Origin: Romeriopsis navalis LEGE 11480
Lineage (GTDB): Bacteria > Cyanobacteriota > Cyanobacteriia > Leptolyngbyales > Leptolyngbyaceae
NCBI RefSeq assembly: GCF_015207035.1
Contig: NZ_JADEXQ010000002.1
Coordinates: 56,274 to 120,273, forward strand
Direction: 5' to 3'
DNA length: 64,000 nucleotides
Part shown: positions 19,146 to 29,874 of the stretch, piece after piece
How the letters are laid out: each line of letters begins with the position of its first letter
Numbering within the stretch: the first letter of the stretch is position 1
The notes under the pieces: generated by a model
Told to the model about the DNA's origin: nothing
The model's database searches: none
What the model saw: the letters and a program-made list of their open reading frames with translations, nothing else
Program-made: the position numbers and the translations under genes

Positions 19146-21248
19146 TTAGACGCCGATCGTTAACTTCCACCAGTTGAGCGTGCCTTGATCGCCGTCAATT
19201 GCATCGCTGAGTCGGAGCTGCCAGGCCCCACGAGTTGACTGGTCGAGTAAGCGTTGTAGATTGGGCGTGTTTTGTAAGTCGTAAATCGTTTGCAATTTGG
19301 TGCGTCGGCCTAATGTTCGGCCTTGCAGTAAAGCGACTTCGCCGGACGGTGCAATGAGTTCGATGCTCAGATCCCCTAAGTATTGGTGATCAATGTCAAC
19401 AGTAACTTGGAGGTTTTTGACCTGATCTTGTTCGGCAATATTGATCCGACTGCTGATTCCGGATGTGGCACCGTCGGGAATGGCGATTTTGTTATTACTC
19501 AAGGCGGAGAGCCAACGGTTGACCCGGTAGTTGTTGACCCGGCGACTGCGGGCGGCATTGACGGCTTTTTGGGCATTGACTTTCCCATAGCCAAACCAAT
19601 CGCTGCGGCCATTTGATTCATAGGTGCCTTTCCGAAGGCCAAATTGTGGGTCGGGATTGGGGTCGAGGATCTTATCAGCCGTTTGTTCGAGGATTTGTCG
19701 GACTTCGCGGGCGGTCAGTTGCGGATTTGCCGATAGCACTAACGCGGCAACGCCAGCAACTAAGGGGCAAGCACTCGATGTGCCACCAAAATTATCATCG
19801 TAATTGCTCCGATCATAGCCCGGTGCTCCGATCCGATCCGTTGTGACAATGCCGAGTCCGGGGGTAGACGATCGCAGTTGTGGGGGGGTAGCGACATAGC
19901 CAATGCTGGGTAGACCCACGCCGGGAGGGGCATTATTGCTGGGTCCGCAAACGGAGATTTCACGCCCCCAGTTGCTATAGGCCGATTTCCGATTGAGACT
20001 GGTGCAAGCGGCGACGGTGATCACATCAGGATGCACGGTAAAACCGCCATACCATTTGGTGGGGCCACTCAGGGTATTGCGTTCCCAACCGGCTTCGTTG
20101 ATGGTGCCGTTAGTCGGGCGATTGGCATTGCCAGCGGCAAACAGAATCACACAGCCTTTACCGCGGCGGCCCCGGGTGGCGGCACGGGTAATCGCCGCTT
20201 TTTGGCGGAGAGAGAGGGGATAATTGACCGCACTCGGCCCCCAGCTGCAGGAGATCACGGCGGCGCCGTTTTCGGTGGCCCACGTAAACAGCTCTTCGAT
20301 CGTTTGATCGTCTAAATAGCCCGTCGTGCGAATCGGCATCAACGCACATTCCGGTGCGACCCCGACAACTCCAATGCCATTTTCCTCGGCCACCGCGACC
20401 CCCGCACAGGCGGTGCCGTGGTCTTCCCAGTTTTCACCGGGGTCGGGCTGGAAGTCGCGGCCTTTGAAGTCACGAGGGGCAACGATTTTGCCTGGCCCTT
20501 GAAAGTCGGGATGATTGGTGTCGATCGCGTCATCCATCACGGCAACGACAATGGAGCGATGCCCTCGGGTGACGTCCCAGGCAGCTTCGGCATAAATGTG
20601 GGAGCCGGGGGTCAACTCCCTCCCACCATTGTGATTGAGATGCCATTGCTTGGCATATAGCGGGTCTCGTGGGCGGTAGTGGGACTGGGCGGCGACCACA
20701 ATGTTGGGTTCAGCGGTGAGCACCGCCGCTTCTTGCATCAAGCGATTCGTAATTTTGAGTGGGTTTTCAGTGGTGGCTGCGGTCAGCTCCATGACGAATG
20801 TATTGAGCAAATCTTCGATCGGTTTCACTTGGCGTAGGCCGAGGGGCTGAATAATTTCGGTGATTTGCGTGGCTGTGGTTTGGGGGGTGAACTGGACCGT
20901 GATTTGTTCCGTTAAATAAATTCGGGAAGTCGGATCATCTTTGACTTGGTAAACATGGCTGGCGTAGCCGACTTGACCACTGGAGCGAGCGCTCCGCATC
21001 GCTTGCTCTTGTTCATTGGGATCCACGAGAAATTCGGCGATTTGGGTGGGCATTTTGCCGGGGTTGAACTGGGCGTGGAGCCGCATGGCTAATTGGTCGG
21101 TGTCATCGGTCTTGAGCTGGCCCACGGTGAAGCGATCGTTGATCTTTTCCAGAATCATTTCTTGGCCACCACGTTGCAGCACGAGTCCCCGATTTTCCGC
21201 TGGCATTTGGGCGTTGCCTTCCGCAGGATTATTGTTGGGGTTAGTCAT
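19146..21248 (-). CDS. S8-family subtilisin-like serine peptidase with a C-terminal proprotein-convertase P-domain
   Basis: 700 aa. Catalytic triad regions around AVMDDAIDTNHPD, HGTACAGVAV and GGTSSACPLVAG. The C-terminal about 130 aa carry the P-domain signature (YLGDLSIELIAPSG). Confidence 0.88.
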   Translation of the reverse strand: MTNPNNNPAEGNAQMPAENRGLVLQRGGQEMILEKINDRFTVGQLKTDDTDQLAMRLHAQFNPGKMPTQIAEFLVDPNEQEQAMRSARSSGQVGYASHVYQVKDDPTSRIYLTEQITVQFTPQTTATQITEIIQPLGLRQVKPIEDLLNTFVMELTAATTENPLKITNRLMQEAAVLTAEPNIVVAAQSHYRPRDPLYAKQWHLNHNGGRELTPGSHIYAEAAWDVTRGHRSIVVAVMDDAIDTNHPDFQGPGKIVAPRDFKGRDFQPDPGENWEDHGTACAGVAVAEENGIGVVGVAPECALMPIRTTGYLDDQTIEELFTWATENGAAVISCSWGPSAVNYPLSLRQKAAITRAATRGRRGKGCVILFAAGNANRPTNGTINEAGWERNTLSGPTKWYGGFTVHPDVITVAACTSLNRKSAYSNWGREISVCGPSNNAPPGVGLPSIGYVATPPQLRSSTPGLGIVTTDRIGAPGYDRSNYDDNFGGTSSACPLVAGVAALVLSANPQLTAREVRQILEQTADKILDPNPDPQFGLRKGTYESNGRSDWFGYGKVNAQKAVNAARSRRVNNYRVNRWLSALSNNKIAIPDGATSGISSRINIAEQDQVKNLQVTVDIDHQYLGDLSIELIAPSGEVALLQGRTLGRRTKLQTIYDLQNTPNLQRLLDQSTRGAWQLRLSDAIDGDQGTLNWWKLTIGV

Positions 21249-21540
21249 GAGGCAAATCGCTCCAGCCGGGATTAAACGCTTGTGTTATCCACAGTGTATT
21301 AATTTCTTCGGAGTGCGACTCGGAAGATTTCCCAAATTCTCGGTAGCGCGATCGTCCATCCTATCGTTAGCGGATTTATGTTGTGCCAGACATCGGTTAA
21401 ATTGAGTGTCTTGTGACGATCGGCGGAACTTATGGCAAGATAAGCCGTCTAGCAAGTTTTCGTAGCTCTCAGTCGGACTGGGGAACTCAAAATGGATCCC
21501 GGTCGGTGCTAAGATACCGAAAGCCAAAACCTTTTGTGTA

Positions 21541-22149
21541 ATGACCCAAAACGCCTTCATGAAACCCTTTGGAACTGTTCGCTGGAAGCAATTGACGACA
21601 AACTCCGTCAGTCGAATTGCAACGCTCGTATCCCTTTCACTGTTGGCGACGGTTTCGGTCGCCCCGGCTGTCCGCTCGCAGTCGGTTCAAATTCCCACCG
21701 CAACGGCGGAACAAGCAGCGGATTCGGCTAACCTCAAATCTGTTGGGTTCTTGAGCCTGAAGGGTGGCCAGAAGCTGATGGGCGAAGCTACGCAAGCAAT
21801 TTCTGGTGGTAACTACAGTTTGGCGGTGAAGAAGTTCAAGGAATCACGGCAGGTGTTTAATCAGCTGTCGAACTTCTATCAGCAATTGGGGGGGAGTTTT
21901 GCCGGCGTGGATAATCGGATTGCCGATGGTCTACGCAAAAAAGCGCTTGATGCGGCGCAAATGCGCGATGAAGCGACTTACCAGTTGGCGCTCGCACACC
22001 GTGCCCAGAATCAGCCAGAATTGTCAGTCCCGTTGCTGGTCCAGATTATTCGCAGCCAAAACCCAACGCGTGAACTCGGGAAGAAATCCTATGCGCAGTT
22101 GGTTGAATTGGGCTTTGCGGAGACAGCTTACCCCCGCAAGCCGAAGTAA
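21541..22149 (+). CDS. Hypothetical secreted protein
   Basis: 202 aa with an N-terminal signal peptide (LVSLSLLATVSVAPAVRSQS). No known domain. A terminator follows directly. Confidence 0.5.
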   Translation: MTQNAFMKPFGTVRWKQLTTNSVSRIATLVSLSLLATVSVAPAVRSQSVQIPTATAEQAADSANLKSVGFLSLKGGQKLMGEATQAISGGNYSLAVKKFKESRQVFNQLSNFYQQLGGSFAGVDNRIADGLRKKALDAAQMRDEATYQLALAHRAQNQPELSVPLLVQIIRSQNPTRELGKKSYAQLVELGFAETAYPRKPK

Positions 22150-22174
22150 GTTCGCTATCGCGGTTTGATATTGA

Positions 22175-22215
22175 TGCAAAGCGGGCCGATTCATGTGATC
22201 GGCCCGCTTTTGTTT
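22175..22215. terminator. Bidirectional intrinsic terminator
   Basis: Stem gcgggccgat/atcggcccgc with a 7-nt loop and a following ttttgtttgg. It lies between convergent genes. Confidence 0.7.
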
Positions 22216-22234
22216 GGTCTGATTGGGAATTGGT

Positions 22235-23818
22235 TTATTTGACGCTGACGAAGCTGGTCTGGGCCAGCTTGCGTAGATTCGCGACATCTTCACGCCGGGA
22301 GATCGAGAGGGGTATGGTGCTCTGAATGCCTTGTGTGAGGATTGTCGTGTTCAATGGTTGCTGATGATAGAGCGCCCGATAAAGCGATGTGATAATTGCC
22401 TGTTCAATTTCGGCACCGCTAAATCCTTCTGTTACCTGGATGAGTTGTTCAAAGTCAAACTGCGTGAGGTCTTGATGATGTTTGTGCAGATGGATTTTAA
22501 GAATTTGATGGCGTTCTTGGGCATCGGGTAAATCGACGAAAAAGATTTCGTCGAAGCGGCCTTTGCGCTGGAGTTCTGGCGGTAGCTTGGAAATATCATT
22601 GGCCGTGGCGATGACGAAGACAGATTCTGATTTTTCTTGCATCCACGTGAGGAAAGAGGCAAACAGCCTTTGACTCAAGCCCCCATCGGAGTCGCCGCTG
22701 GTTTGGCTGAGGCTTTTTTCGATTTCGTCAATCCAGAGGATGGCTGGGGCCATGGATTCGGCGAGGGCGATCGCCCGGCGAAAGTTTTGTTCCGATTCGC
22801 CGACGTACTTATTATAGAGCCGACCGGCATCCAGCTTGAGCAAGGGCATTTTCCAGGCCTGGGCGATCGTTTTGGCGGCGAGGGACTTGCCGCAACCCTG
22901 GACGCCCACAATCAAAATGCCTTTGGGGTCAGGCAAGCTGAGGGCTTTCGCTTTGGGACTAAATCCGACACTTGCTTCCGTCAGCCATTGCTTCAGGCCC
23001 TTAAATCCACCGAGTTGGGGGGCTTGCTCGTCGGCGGGAAAAAATTCCAACACGCCGTCATTGCGGATGACTTGGGCTTTGCGATCGAGAATGCGTTTGA
23101 TGTCGTTGACGCAAAGTTGTCCGTCTTCCAGGGCGGCATGACAAATGACTTGCCGCGCTTGCTTGAGGGTCATGCCCGTTAAGGCGGTGACAATGCGGCG
23201 GATATCTTCTTCGCGCACGTTGATGTTGACGTGGTTTTGGATGCGTAAGGTGCGGACCGCCTCATTAATTACTTGGCCCAGTTCATCAGGGCCGGGTAAG
23301 CCGAGATCGTAGTAGACGACATCTTGTTTGATTTGGGCCGGGATTTCGAGGCTATGGCCCACGAGGACAATCACCGATCGGCTTTGGGAAAACTGGTGCG
23401 CGACTTCGCGCAGATGCCGAATAATTTTGGGGCTGTCGAGGTGCTGTGTGAAGTCCTTGAGCAGATAGATCGCTTTTGCACTGTTTTCCTGCAAGGTCGT
23501 GAGCAGTTTCTCTGGATCCTCAGAGTCGATATAACCCTCACTTCTTGTACTCCCTGCGGGAGCACATTCATCCTGCCAGCGGTTTGCGCCGGGTGCATGG
23601 TTGCGACTTAGACCCCTTGTGGCACTCCATTCCATGAGCTGCATCCCGGCTGCATTGGCGACCGATTGCATCAGGGTGGTGGCCCGTTCTTCCTCCATCG
23701 TTTCGATCGCGATCATGGGGTGATAGGACATTACCAGGGTGGCGAGTTCGGTGATGTCTTGGGATTGCGATTGGCTTTGGAGGTACATAGTGAAGTAACG
23801 CGAGGTTTCAGGTAACAC
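22235..23818 (-). CDS. AAA+ ATPase, Ycf46-like
   Basis: 527 aa. Walker [13 protein letters not shown], Walker [10 protein letters not shown], and an N-terminal region typical of cyanobacterial Ycf46. Confidence 0.75.
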   Translation of the reverse strand: MLPETSRYFTMYLQSQSQSQDITELATLVMSYHPMIAIETMEEERATTLMQSVANAAGMQLMEWSATRGLSRNHAPGANRWQDECAPAGSTRSEGYIDSEDPEKLLTTLQENSAKAIYLLKDFTQHLDSPKIIRHLREVAHQFSQSRSVIVLVGHSLEIPAQIKQDVVYYDLGLPGPDELGQVINEAVRTLRIQNHVNINVREEDIRRIVTALTGMTLKQARQVICHAALEDGQLCVNDIKRILDRKAQVIRNDGVLEFFPADEQAPQLGGFKGLKQWLTEASVGFSPKAKALSLPDPKGILIVGVQGCGKSLAAKTIAQAWKMPLLKLDAGRLYNKYVGESEQNFRRAIALAESMAPAILWIDEIEKSLSQTSGDSDGGLSQRLFASFLTWMQEKSESVFVIATANDISKLPPELQRKGRFDEIFFVDLPDAQERHQILKIHLHKHHQDLTQFDFEQLIQVTEGFSGAEIEQAIITSLYRALYHQQPLNTTILTQGIQSTIPLSISRREDVANLRKLAQTSFVSVK

Positions 23819-23911
23819 ATGAGGATGAACTACAAGTTGATCCGGTGCGTCTACGTATGTTTATCTTCAGAATGCCCAAGTTTTACCGAATTTATTTAAA
23901 CCGGATGCGCC

Positions 23912-24385
23912 TTAAACGTCGGCCGGATTGAGTTGCATCATTTGCCAGGTGACGAAGGTGCCGATCGGACTCCACAGCAAATATGGCAGCAGCAACCAAA
24001 AGGCGGTTGGTGATGCCTGGAACACAAATAGGCTCATACCGAGTCCGAAGAAAAAGCCCGTTGCGCCGATGATTGTGCCAATGCGCAAGCTCTTGAGGCG
24101 ACACATTATGGGGGTGTAGGCCAAGATAAGGATTTCGAGGATGGCGTAAGCGGCCATGAATATCCAGGTTTGAGGCGTGCCAGGCGCTGTTTGCCAGATG
24201 TTGTAAGCGGACCATCCTCCAGCAATAAAGATGCTAATCCAGATGATCGGAATGGCCCCTTCAAAGGTAAGCCAAGCGGGGCGTCGCAACCGGAAAAACC
24301 AATGTTGATCACCACCGATTAGTTTGTTCAGGCCAACGCCGATAAGTACGGCACTAATGCCGATGATGAGCCAAGCTGGAATCAT
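23912..24385 (-). CDS. tspO: TspO/MBR tryptophan-rich sensory protein
   Basis: 157 aa, 5 TM helices, W-rich, with FFRLRRPAWLTFEGAIPIIW matching the TspO signature. Confidence 0.75.
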   Translation of the reverse strand: MIPAWLIIGISAVLIGVGLNKLIGGDQHWFFRLRRPAWLTFEGAIPIIWISIFIAGGWSAYNIWQTAPGTPQTWIFMAAYAILEILILAYTPIMCRLKSLRIGTIIGATGFFFGLGMSLFVFQASPTAFWLLLPYLLWSPIGTFVTWQMMQLNPADV

Positions 24386-24609
24386 GAGTTCAGATTTGCG
24401 ATTGCTGCGTGATCAATTCTACAATCATTGCAAAAGCGCTTGATTGCAATAGTCTGAGCCGACCGCCGCGATTTGTGATTGGGTTCAACGTTGCGTTCCG
24501 ATCCGATCACTCGTGTCGATGCAATCGCTTTCATAGAAAGACATCGCCGCCGATCGCCACTGACATCAGGTAGACTAGGAAGCAGTTTTGCACAAGATCA
24601 GAGGAAGCT

Positions 24610-24858
24610 ATGATCAGCCCGGATAAGGTTGAGGCGATGATTCAATCGGCTATGCCCAAAGCCGAGATTAATGTTCAGAGTAGCGATGGCGAACATTTTG
24701 AAGTCACCGTCGTTGCGGCTGAGTTTGATGGCAAACGGCGTGTCCAGCAGCATCAGCTGGTCTACGGTGCAGTTAAAGAGGCAATGGCAAGTGATGCAAT
24801 TCACGCCCTTCAATTGAATACATTTACGCCAACTGAGTGGGCGAGCAAGTCGGCTTAA
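24610..24858 (+). CDS. BolA-family protein
   Basis: 82 aa with BolA fold conservation (SDGEHFEVTVV...HALQL). Confidence 0.85.
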   Translation: MISPDKVEAMIQSAMPKAEINVQSSDGEHFEVTVVAAEFDGKRRVQQHQLVYGAVKEAMASDAIHALQLNTFTPTEWASKSA

Positions 24859-24952
24859 GGCTTGTCGGCTGAAGACCTAACGACGGCAAAGAGTGTTGAC
24901 AAAAATCAGCCATCCAAATTGAATTTCGGTCCTAAATTTTAGAGGAAAATCC

Positions 24953-25276
24953 ATGACTTCTGAAGTAAAAGCGCGCATCGATCAGTTGGTCAAAGACAAC
25001 AAGATTATGGTTTTCATGAAAGGCAATAAGTTAATGCCTCAGTGTGGATTCTCCAATAATGTTGTTCAGATTATGAATGTCTTAGGGGTTCCCTTTGAAA
25101 CATTTGATGTATTGGCTGATCCCGACGTTCGCCAAGGCATCAAAGACTATTCCAATTGGCCAACCATTCCTCAGGTCTATCTGAATGGTGAATTTCTGGG
25201 TGGCTCAGATATTTTAATCGAGATGTATCAGAGTGGTGAGTTGCAGCAGACGGTTGAAGTGGCGTTGGCTTCTTAG
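24953..25276 (+). CDS. Monothiol glutaredoxin (Grx4/GrxD type)
   Basis: 107 aa with CGFS active site (PQCGFSNN). The adjacent BolA is its classical partner. Confidence 0.9.
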   Translation: MTSEVKARIDQLVKDNKIMVFMKGNKLMPQCGFSNNVVQIMNVLGVPFETFDVLADPDVRQGIKDYSNWPTIPQVYLNGEFLGGSDILIEMYQSGELQQTVEVALAS

Positions 25277-25316
25277 GTGTTGCCAATTATCACTTGAGGG
25301 ATAAATTGTTCTGATA

Positions 25317-25366
25317 AAACTTAAGGGGTTTCGAGGCTAAATGCGCACTCGAAACCCCTTAAGTTT
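25317..25366. terminator. Hairpin with a 19-bp perfect stem between convergent genes
   Basis: aaacttaaggggtttcgag/ctcgaaaccccttaagttt with a 12-nt loop. T-rich sequence lies on both sides. Confidence 0.5.
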
Positions 25367-25449
25367 GGGTCAAAAAATTGATTTTTTAGAAGACGCTGAC
25401 AACTAAACAAAACGCTGGATTAGTTAGCGCTATGGCTAAGTTGAGAGAA

Positions 25450-25710
25450 CTAGAAATACCCACGTTCTCTTTCGACTTCTAGCTCATATTCCGGCTCAAC
25501 AAAGTTGGAGGGATCATGCAAGAAACGCAGTGCTTCCTCTTCCAACCGATGGATTACATAGGCTTCGAGGGCGTCGGAGTGACGCAGCGCGGCGAGATAA
25601 CCATCAAGATACATTCTGAGGTCGTCAAACCGATAGCCTCGGTTCCAGTGATCTACCAAAAAATCTGTAATCCTCTGGTAGTAGCGAACTGAACGAGCAT
25701 CTTGTAGCAT
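25450..25710 (-). CDS. Conserved hypothetical protein
   Basis: 86-aa ORF with a hairpin downstream. No recognisable motif. Confidence 0.45.
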   Translation of the reverse strand: MLQDARSVRYYQRITDFLVDHWNRGYRFDDLRMYLDGYLAALRHSDALEAYVIHRLEEEALRFLHDPSNFVEPEYELEVERERGYF

Positions 25711-25906
25711 AATCAGTCAATCATGAACAACAAAGGATCAAAACGACTATTGGCATCGTGTTGGATAACCATATCTTAATACGAATTCGGTCCTCACTCT
25801 AGCGATATGTGTACGGATCTCACGCTAATTTAAGGTTCGTAAAAGAAGTTAACGCGGTAATAGTACTGAATCTGATAAGGTAGCGGGCTTTACAAACTCC
25901 GATCAG

Positions 25907-26746
25907 GTGCTTCTGTTAACCTATGCATTGTCTGTCAAGAGAAAAACAACTGTGGCAGCTTTCGAACTACAGATTATTGAAACGAATCCACACCTTCGAT
26001 CATTGCTCAGTTGGCATTTGCAGCAGGCGGGTTACGGTATTTTCTCGGCTGGCGATTTGACGCAGGCGAAGGAAATGTTTTACCAGCGTCAGCCGAAGAT
26101 GCTGATTTTGAGTGCGGATTTACCGGATAGTTTGGGGCTAGACTTTTGCGCCTGGCTGCGACAGCAACAGCCACAATTATTGATTCTGATGCTATCAGCG
26201 CGGGATACAGAAGCGGATGTGGTGGCGGGGTTACGATCGGGCGCGGATGATTACCTGAAAAAGCCATTCGGGATGCAAGAGCTGATGGCGCGGGTGGCGG
26301 CGCTGGCGCGGCGCTCAAAGACGGTCGCACCTCCAGCATATCTTGATTATGGGCCGTTAAAGATCGATCTAGTTCATCGACGGGTGCGATTCTACGGTGA
26401 GTTGATTGACTTGACGCCGCAGGAATTTAGTTTGTTATATGTCTTGGCTCAAGTTGCAGGGAAGCCGTTGAGCCGGGCCGATTTATTGCAACGGGCGTGG
26501 CCGGATGAAATCGATAATCCGCGCACAGTGGATACCCATGTTTTATCCCTGCGTAAGAAAGTAGAATTGGATCCGCAGCAGCCGAGTTTGATTCAGACTG
26601 TACGGAATGTTGGTTATCGGCTCAACCTTGAGGGGCTAGCGAGTGAAGCGAATGGGGCGGACTCGGAGTCGGCTGCGCAGCCAAATAATCGAATTCCAGC
26701 GGTTGCGGCACCTACTGAAGTTATTCCTTCGGTGCCGGGTTCGTAG
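25907..26746 (+). CDS. OmpR-family response regulator with an atypical receiver domain
   Basis: C-terminal winged-helix Trans_reg_C (RTVDTHVLSLRKKV...VGYRL). The receiver keeps the conserved Ser/Thr and Lys (SARD, YLKKPF), but the acidic pocket is ETN rather than DD. The start codon is uncertain. Confidence 0.75.
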   Translation: MLLLTYALSVKRKTTVAAFELQIIETNPHLRSLLSWHLQQAGYGIFSAGDLTQAKEMFYQRQPKMLILSADLPDSLGLDFCAWLRQQQPQLLILMLSARDTEADVVAGLRSGADDYLKKPFGMQELMARVAALARRSKTVAPPAYLDYGPLKIDLVHRRVRFYGELIDLTPQEFSLLYVLAQVAGKPLSRADLLQRAWPDEIDNPRTVDTHVLSLRKKVELDPQQPSLIQTVRNVGYRLNLEGLASEANGADSESAAQPNNRIPAVAAPTEVIPSVPGS

Positions 26747-26770
26747 CTCGGTTAGCGATGCAAAAATTAT

Positions 26771-26812
26771 ATAAAGCCCCCTCCTACGACAGTTAGGAGG
26801 GGGCTGTGTTGT
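26771..26812. terminator. Intrinsic terminator (htpG, possibly bidirectional)
   Basis: 12-bp stem agccccctccta/taggagggggct. A T-run lies on the minus-strand side (ttatataattttt). Confidence 0.6.
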
Positions 26813-26821
26813 GGTTCCGGT

Positions 26822-28930
26822 TTACTTCTTGGCTGTGAGTTGGGTAAGGACTTGATTCGAGCGTTCAACGAAGTCCTTCATGCCGTCGGCGTCGAAGCCT
26901 TTCTGGGCCATGAGTGCCAGGTCATAAATATGATGGCAAATCATGCCGGATAGCTCTGATGCCGTTGATTCGGTGCCTTCGATCGCGCCTTTGTTAATCT
27001 CCGAGAGGTTTTGAATCAAGGGGTGGGAGGTGTTGAGCAAGAGAATATGCTCTTCCGGGAATTCGGCCTGCTGCTGTTGCATCATTGCCATCATTTCCTG
27101 CATTCGTCGCTGCTCTTCGGGGAGCAGCACCATTGCGGGGGGAGCGCTGGCTGGATCGTCAGACTTAATCGACTCTGTCCGAATGGTCAGCTTGGGTTTG
27201 CTGAGGGCACCGGTGAAGATGTCTTTGATGCGATCGCTGAAGGTTTTATTCGTGGTGGGGTCAATCACCTCGGACTTATCTTTTTCGATCAGAGAGTCAT
27301 CCAAGTCAGCATCGACGCGGGCAAATTTCACTTCGCGGTATTCCTGCTCTAGGAAGGTGGCGAAGTGGCTGTCGATGAAGGAATCGAGGAATAAGACCTC
27401 AATCCCGCGTCCCTTATAGAGATTGACGTAAGTCGCCTGGGTGACTTCATCGGTGCAATAAAAGACACGGTTTTCGTGCTGCTCTTTGTTGCGATCGAGG
27501 TATTCCTGCAAGGTGGTGTAGGTACGACCATCAACCGTGTTGCTGGATTTTTTGTCGGTCCAGACATCACCATCAGCGGTTTCGACTTCCACCTTGGGCG
27601 CTTCTGACTGTTCAACCAGGCTAGTGCGGAAGATGAGGATATCTTCGACTTGCTTCTTGAACTTGTCGTCGTTCATGGAGCCGAATTTGACGAAGGTGCC
27701 GAGGTCTTCCCAGGACTTAATATATGCCTGACGATCGTCTCTGTATTGCTCCTTCAGGCGATCACCAACCTTCTTCGCGACGTAGTTGCCGATTTGCTTG
27801 ACGGTACGATCGGCTTGCAAGAAGCTACGGGAGACGTTGAGCGGAATGTCGCTGCTATCAATCACACCCCGGAGTGGCAATAAGAAGCGCGGAATCACTT
27901 CTTCGCAGTTGTCGGAAACAAAGACTTGGTTGCAAAAGAGTTTGACTGAACTTTTGGTGACATCAACATCCGGCTTCAGCTTCGGGAAGTATAGAATACC
28001 GTTGACCACGAAGGGATAGTCGGTGTTGAGGTGGACCCAGAGGAGGGGATCTTCCTGATAAGGATAGAGGTAGCGATAGAACTCTAAGTAGTCTTCATCG
28101 GTGAGGCTGCTCGGTGATTCTTTCCATAGAGCTTTCTGCTTGTTGATTTGCTCGGGGGGCTTCGCAACTTCAACTTCGGGCGTGGTTGTTTCGGCGCTAG
28201 TGTCTGCTGTATCGCTAGCTTCAGCACTCGCGTCATCCGCTTTTTCAGCCTCTGCCTCGCCATCCGCTTTGGGTGCTTCGGTGGCCGGCTTCGGTGGCTC
28301 GATTACTTCCAGCTTGATCGGGAAGGGCATGAAGTCGCAATAGGTTTTGACTAATGTGCGAATTCGATAATCTTCGAGGTATTCCTGTTCCTCTTCCTGT
28401 AGCGTTAGAGTAATCGTTGTGCCACGTGTTGTGCGATCAGAGTCGGATATCGTAAACGATGTGCTGCCATCACAAGTCCAATGAACTGCTTGTGCGCCTT
28501 CTCGATAGGATAAGGTGTCGATTTCGACTTGGGACGCCACCATAAAGGAGGAGTAGAAGCCGAGGCCAAAGTGACCAATGATTTGTTCGTCGCCAGCGGC
28601 TTTGTACTTGTCGACGAATTCTTCAGCACTCGAGAAGGCAACTTGGGTAATATATTTCTTCACTTCTTCGGCGGTCATGCCGATGCCGGTATCCGTGATC
28701 GAGAGTGTTTTTTTCACTTTGTCGATCGTGATCAGGATTTCGGGTTCGCCGATGTCGCCTTGTAGCTCACCAGAACGGGATACCATACTGACTTTCTTGA
28801 TGGCATCAACCGCGTTCGAAATCAATTCCCGCATGAAAATCTCGTGGTCGGAGTAGAGCCACTTTTTGATAATCGGGAAAATATTCTCGGTATGGATTGA
28901 GATATTGCCTTGTTCGAGAATAGTCGTCAT
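26822..28930 (-). CDS. htpG: Molecular chaperone HtpG (Hsp90)
   Basis: 702 aa. N-terminal GHKL ATPase motifs (ELISNAVDA, GQFGVGFYS-like) and a charged linker. Confidence 0.95.
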   Translation of the reverse strand: MTTILEQGNISIHTENIFPIIKKWLYSDHEIFMRELISNAVDAIKKVSMVSRSGELQGDIGEPEILITIDKVKKTLSITDTGIGMTAEEVKKYITQVAFSSAEEFVDKYKAAGDEQIIGHFGLGFYSSFMVASQVEIDTLSYREGAQAVHWTCDGSTSFTISDSDRTTRGTTITLTLQEEEQEYLEDYRIRTLVKTYCDFMPFPIKLEVIEPPKPATEAPKADGEAEAEKADDASAEASDTADTSAETTTPEVEVAKPPEQINKQKALWKESPSSLTDEDYLEFYRYLYPYQEDPLLWVHLNTDYPFVVNGILYFPKLKPDVDVTKSSVKLFCNQVFVSDNCEEVIPRFLLPLRGVIDSSDIPLNVSRSFLQADRTVKQIGNYVAKKVGDRLKEQYRDDRQAYIKSWEDLGTFVKFGSMNDDKFKKQVEDILIFRTSLVEQSEAPKVEVETADGDVWTDKKSSNTVDGRTYTTLQEYLDRNKEQHENRVFYCTDEVTQATYVNLYKGRGIEVLFLDSFIDSHFATFLEQEYREVKFARVDADLDDSLIEKDKSEVIDPTTNKTFSDRIKDIFTGALSKPKLTIRTESIKSDDPASAPPAMVLLPEEQRRMQEMMAMMQQQQAEFPEEHILLLNTSHPLIQNLSEINKGAIEGTESTASELSGMICHHIYDLALMAQKGFDADGMKDFVERSNQVLTQLTAKK

Positions 28931-29074
28931 AGGGCGTCAACCTGAGTTGCTAATATCTGTTCAACATCTCATTTTGGGCCATCGGGGCAATTTGTCACCG
29001 AAAAATTTCCTCACCTTCTGGGGTCGGTTCTCCCTACCTAGCTGTTACTTGCTTATTGGAATGGCTAGCCAGGT

Positions 29075-29452
29075 CTATTTGTATGACCAGCCAGCGATGG
29101 CGAGGCATCCCCAACCGATGAGGAATGCGGCCCCGCCGATCGGGGTAATTGCGCCCAAAATCTTGATGCCAGTCAAGCTGAGGACATAGAGACTGCCGGA
29201 AAAAATGAAAATCCCGAGAATGAAGGCGCAACCCGTGATATCTAGCAGATTTGATGGGATGGTGGCGCGACTGATGAGAATGCCGACGCAGAGGAGGGCG
29301 AGGGCGTGATACATCTGATAGCGTGCACCGGTTTCGAAGATGTCGAGGGCATGATTGTCGAGGCGGGTTTTCAATCCGTGGGAGGCGAAGGCTCCGAGGC
29401 CAACGGCAAGGCCGGCGAGAACAGCCGCTGCGCTGATGAAAAATTGGGGCAT
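29075..29452 (-). CDS. DUF423-family small membrane protein
   Basis: 125 aa, 4 TM helices, with the GAFASHGLK motif. Confidence 0.7.
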   Translation of the reverse strand: MPQFFISAAAVLAGLAVGLGAFASHGLKTRLDNHALDIFETGARYQMYHALALLCVGILISRATIPSNLLDITGCAFILGIFIFSGSLYVLSLTGIKILGAITPIGGAAFLIGWGCLAIAGWSYK

Positions 29453-29588
29453 GGGGTGTGGTGAAACTAGCGGATTAGCTTGATTATCGACTGCTGGGTT
29501 AGCGAATTCAAGGTGTTGTAACTATTTGGACTGAGTGCAGGGGATGAGTGGTTGGCTGGTTGCGAATTGCTGACAAATGGATGTTGCT

Positions 29589-29874
29589 TTAAGTGTGATG
29601 AGGCGAAGTAATTGCTATGGGGCAACTCTTTTGTTTAATCTGCGTAATCGTTTTGAGAATTGCGACTCGATTATGCCGCGATTGTATCCACTTGGGTAGG
29701 CGTGAGGCCAGATTGTGATTGCTCAGGTGATTGGCGTGAGTGGTTGTTTGTGCGCGAATTTCGGCACTGACAAAATACTCAATCCAATTTAAATGTTCTG
29801 GGTTGTAGGCCCAGAGCGTTTCACCACAGCAAGGTGATTGTAACCAAAGGGGATATTGGCAATATGGAGCGATG
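29589..29874 (-). pseudogene. 3' portion of a small Cys-rich gene split by the IS insertion
   Basis: The frame is continuous with the 31020-31213 fragment once the IS plus one TSD copy is removed. The reconstructed product is about 158 aa (..CKNCGAAKGWH..CQYPLWLQSPCCGETLWAYNPEHLNWIEYF..). Confidence 0.55.

Noticed and set aside
22637-23182. 181-aa plus-strand ORF antisense to the Ycf46-like AAA gene
   Set aside because: A shadow ORF within a strongly supported minus-strand CDS.
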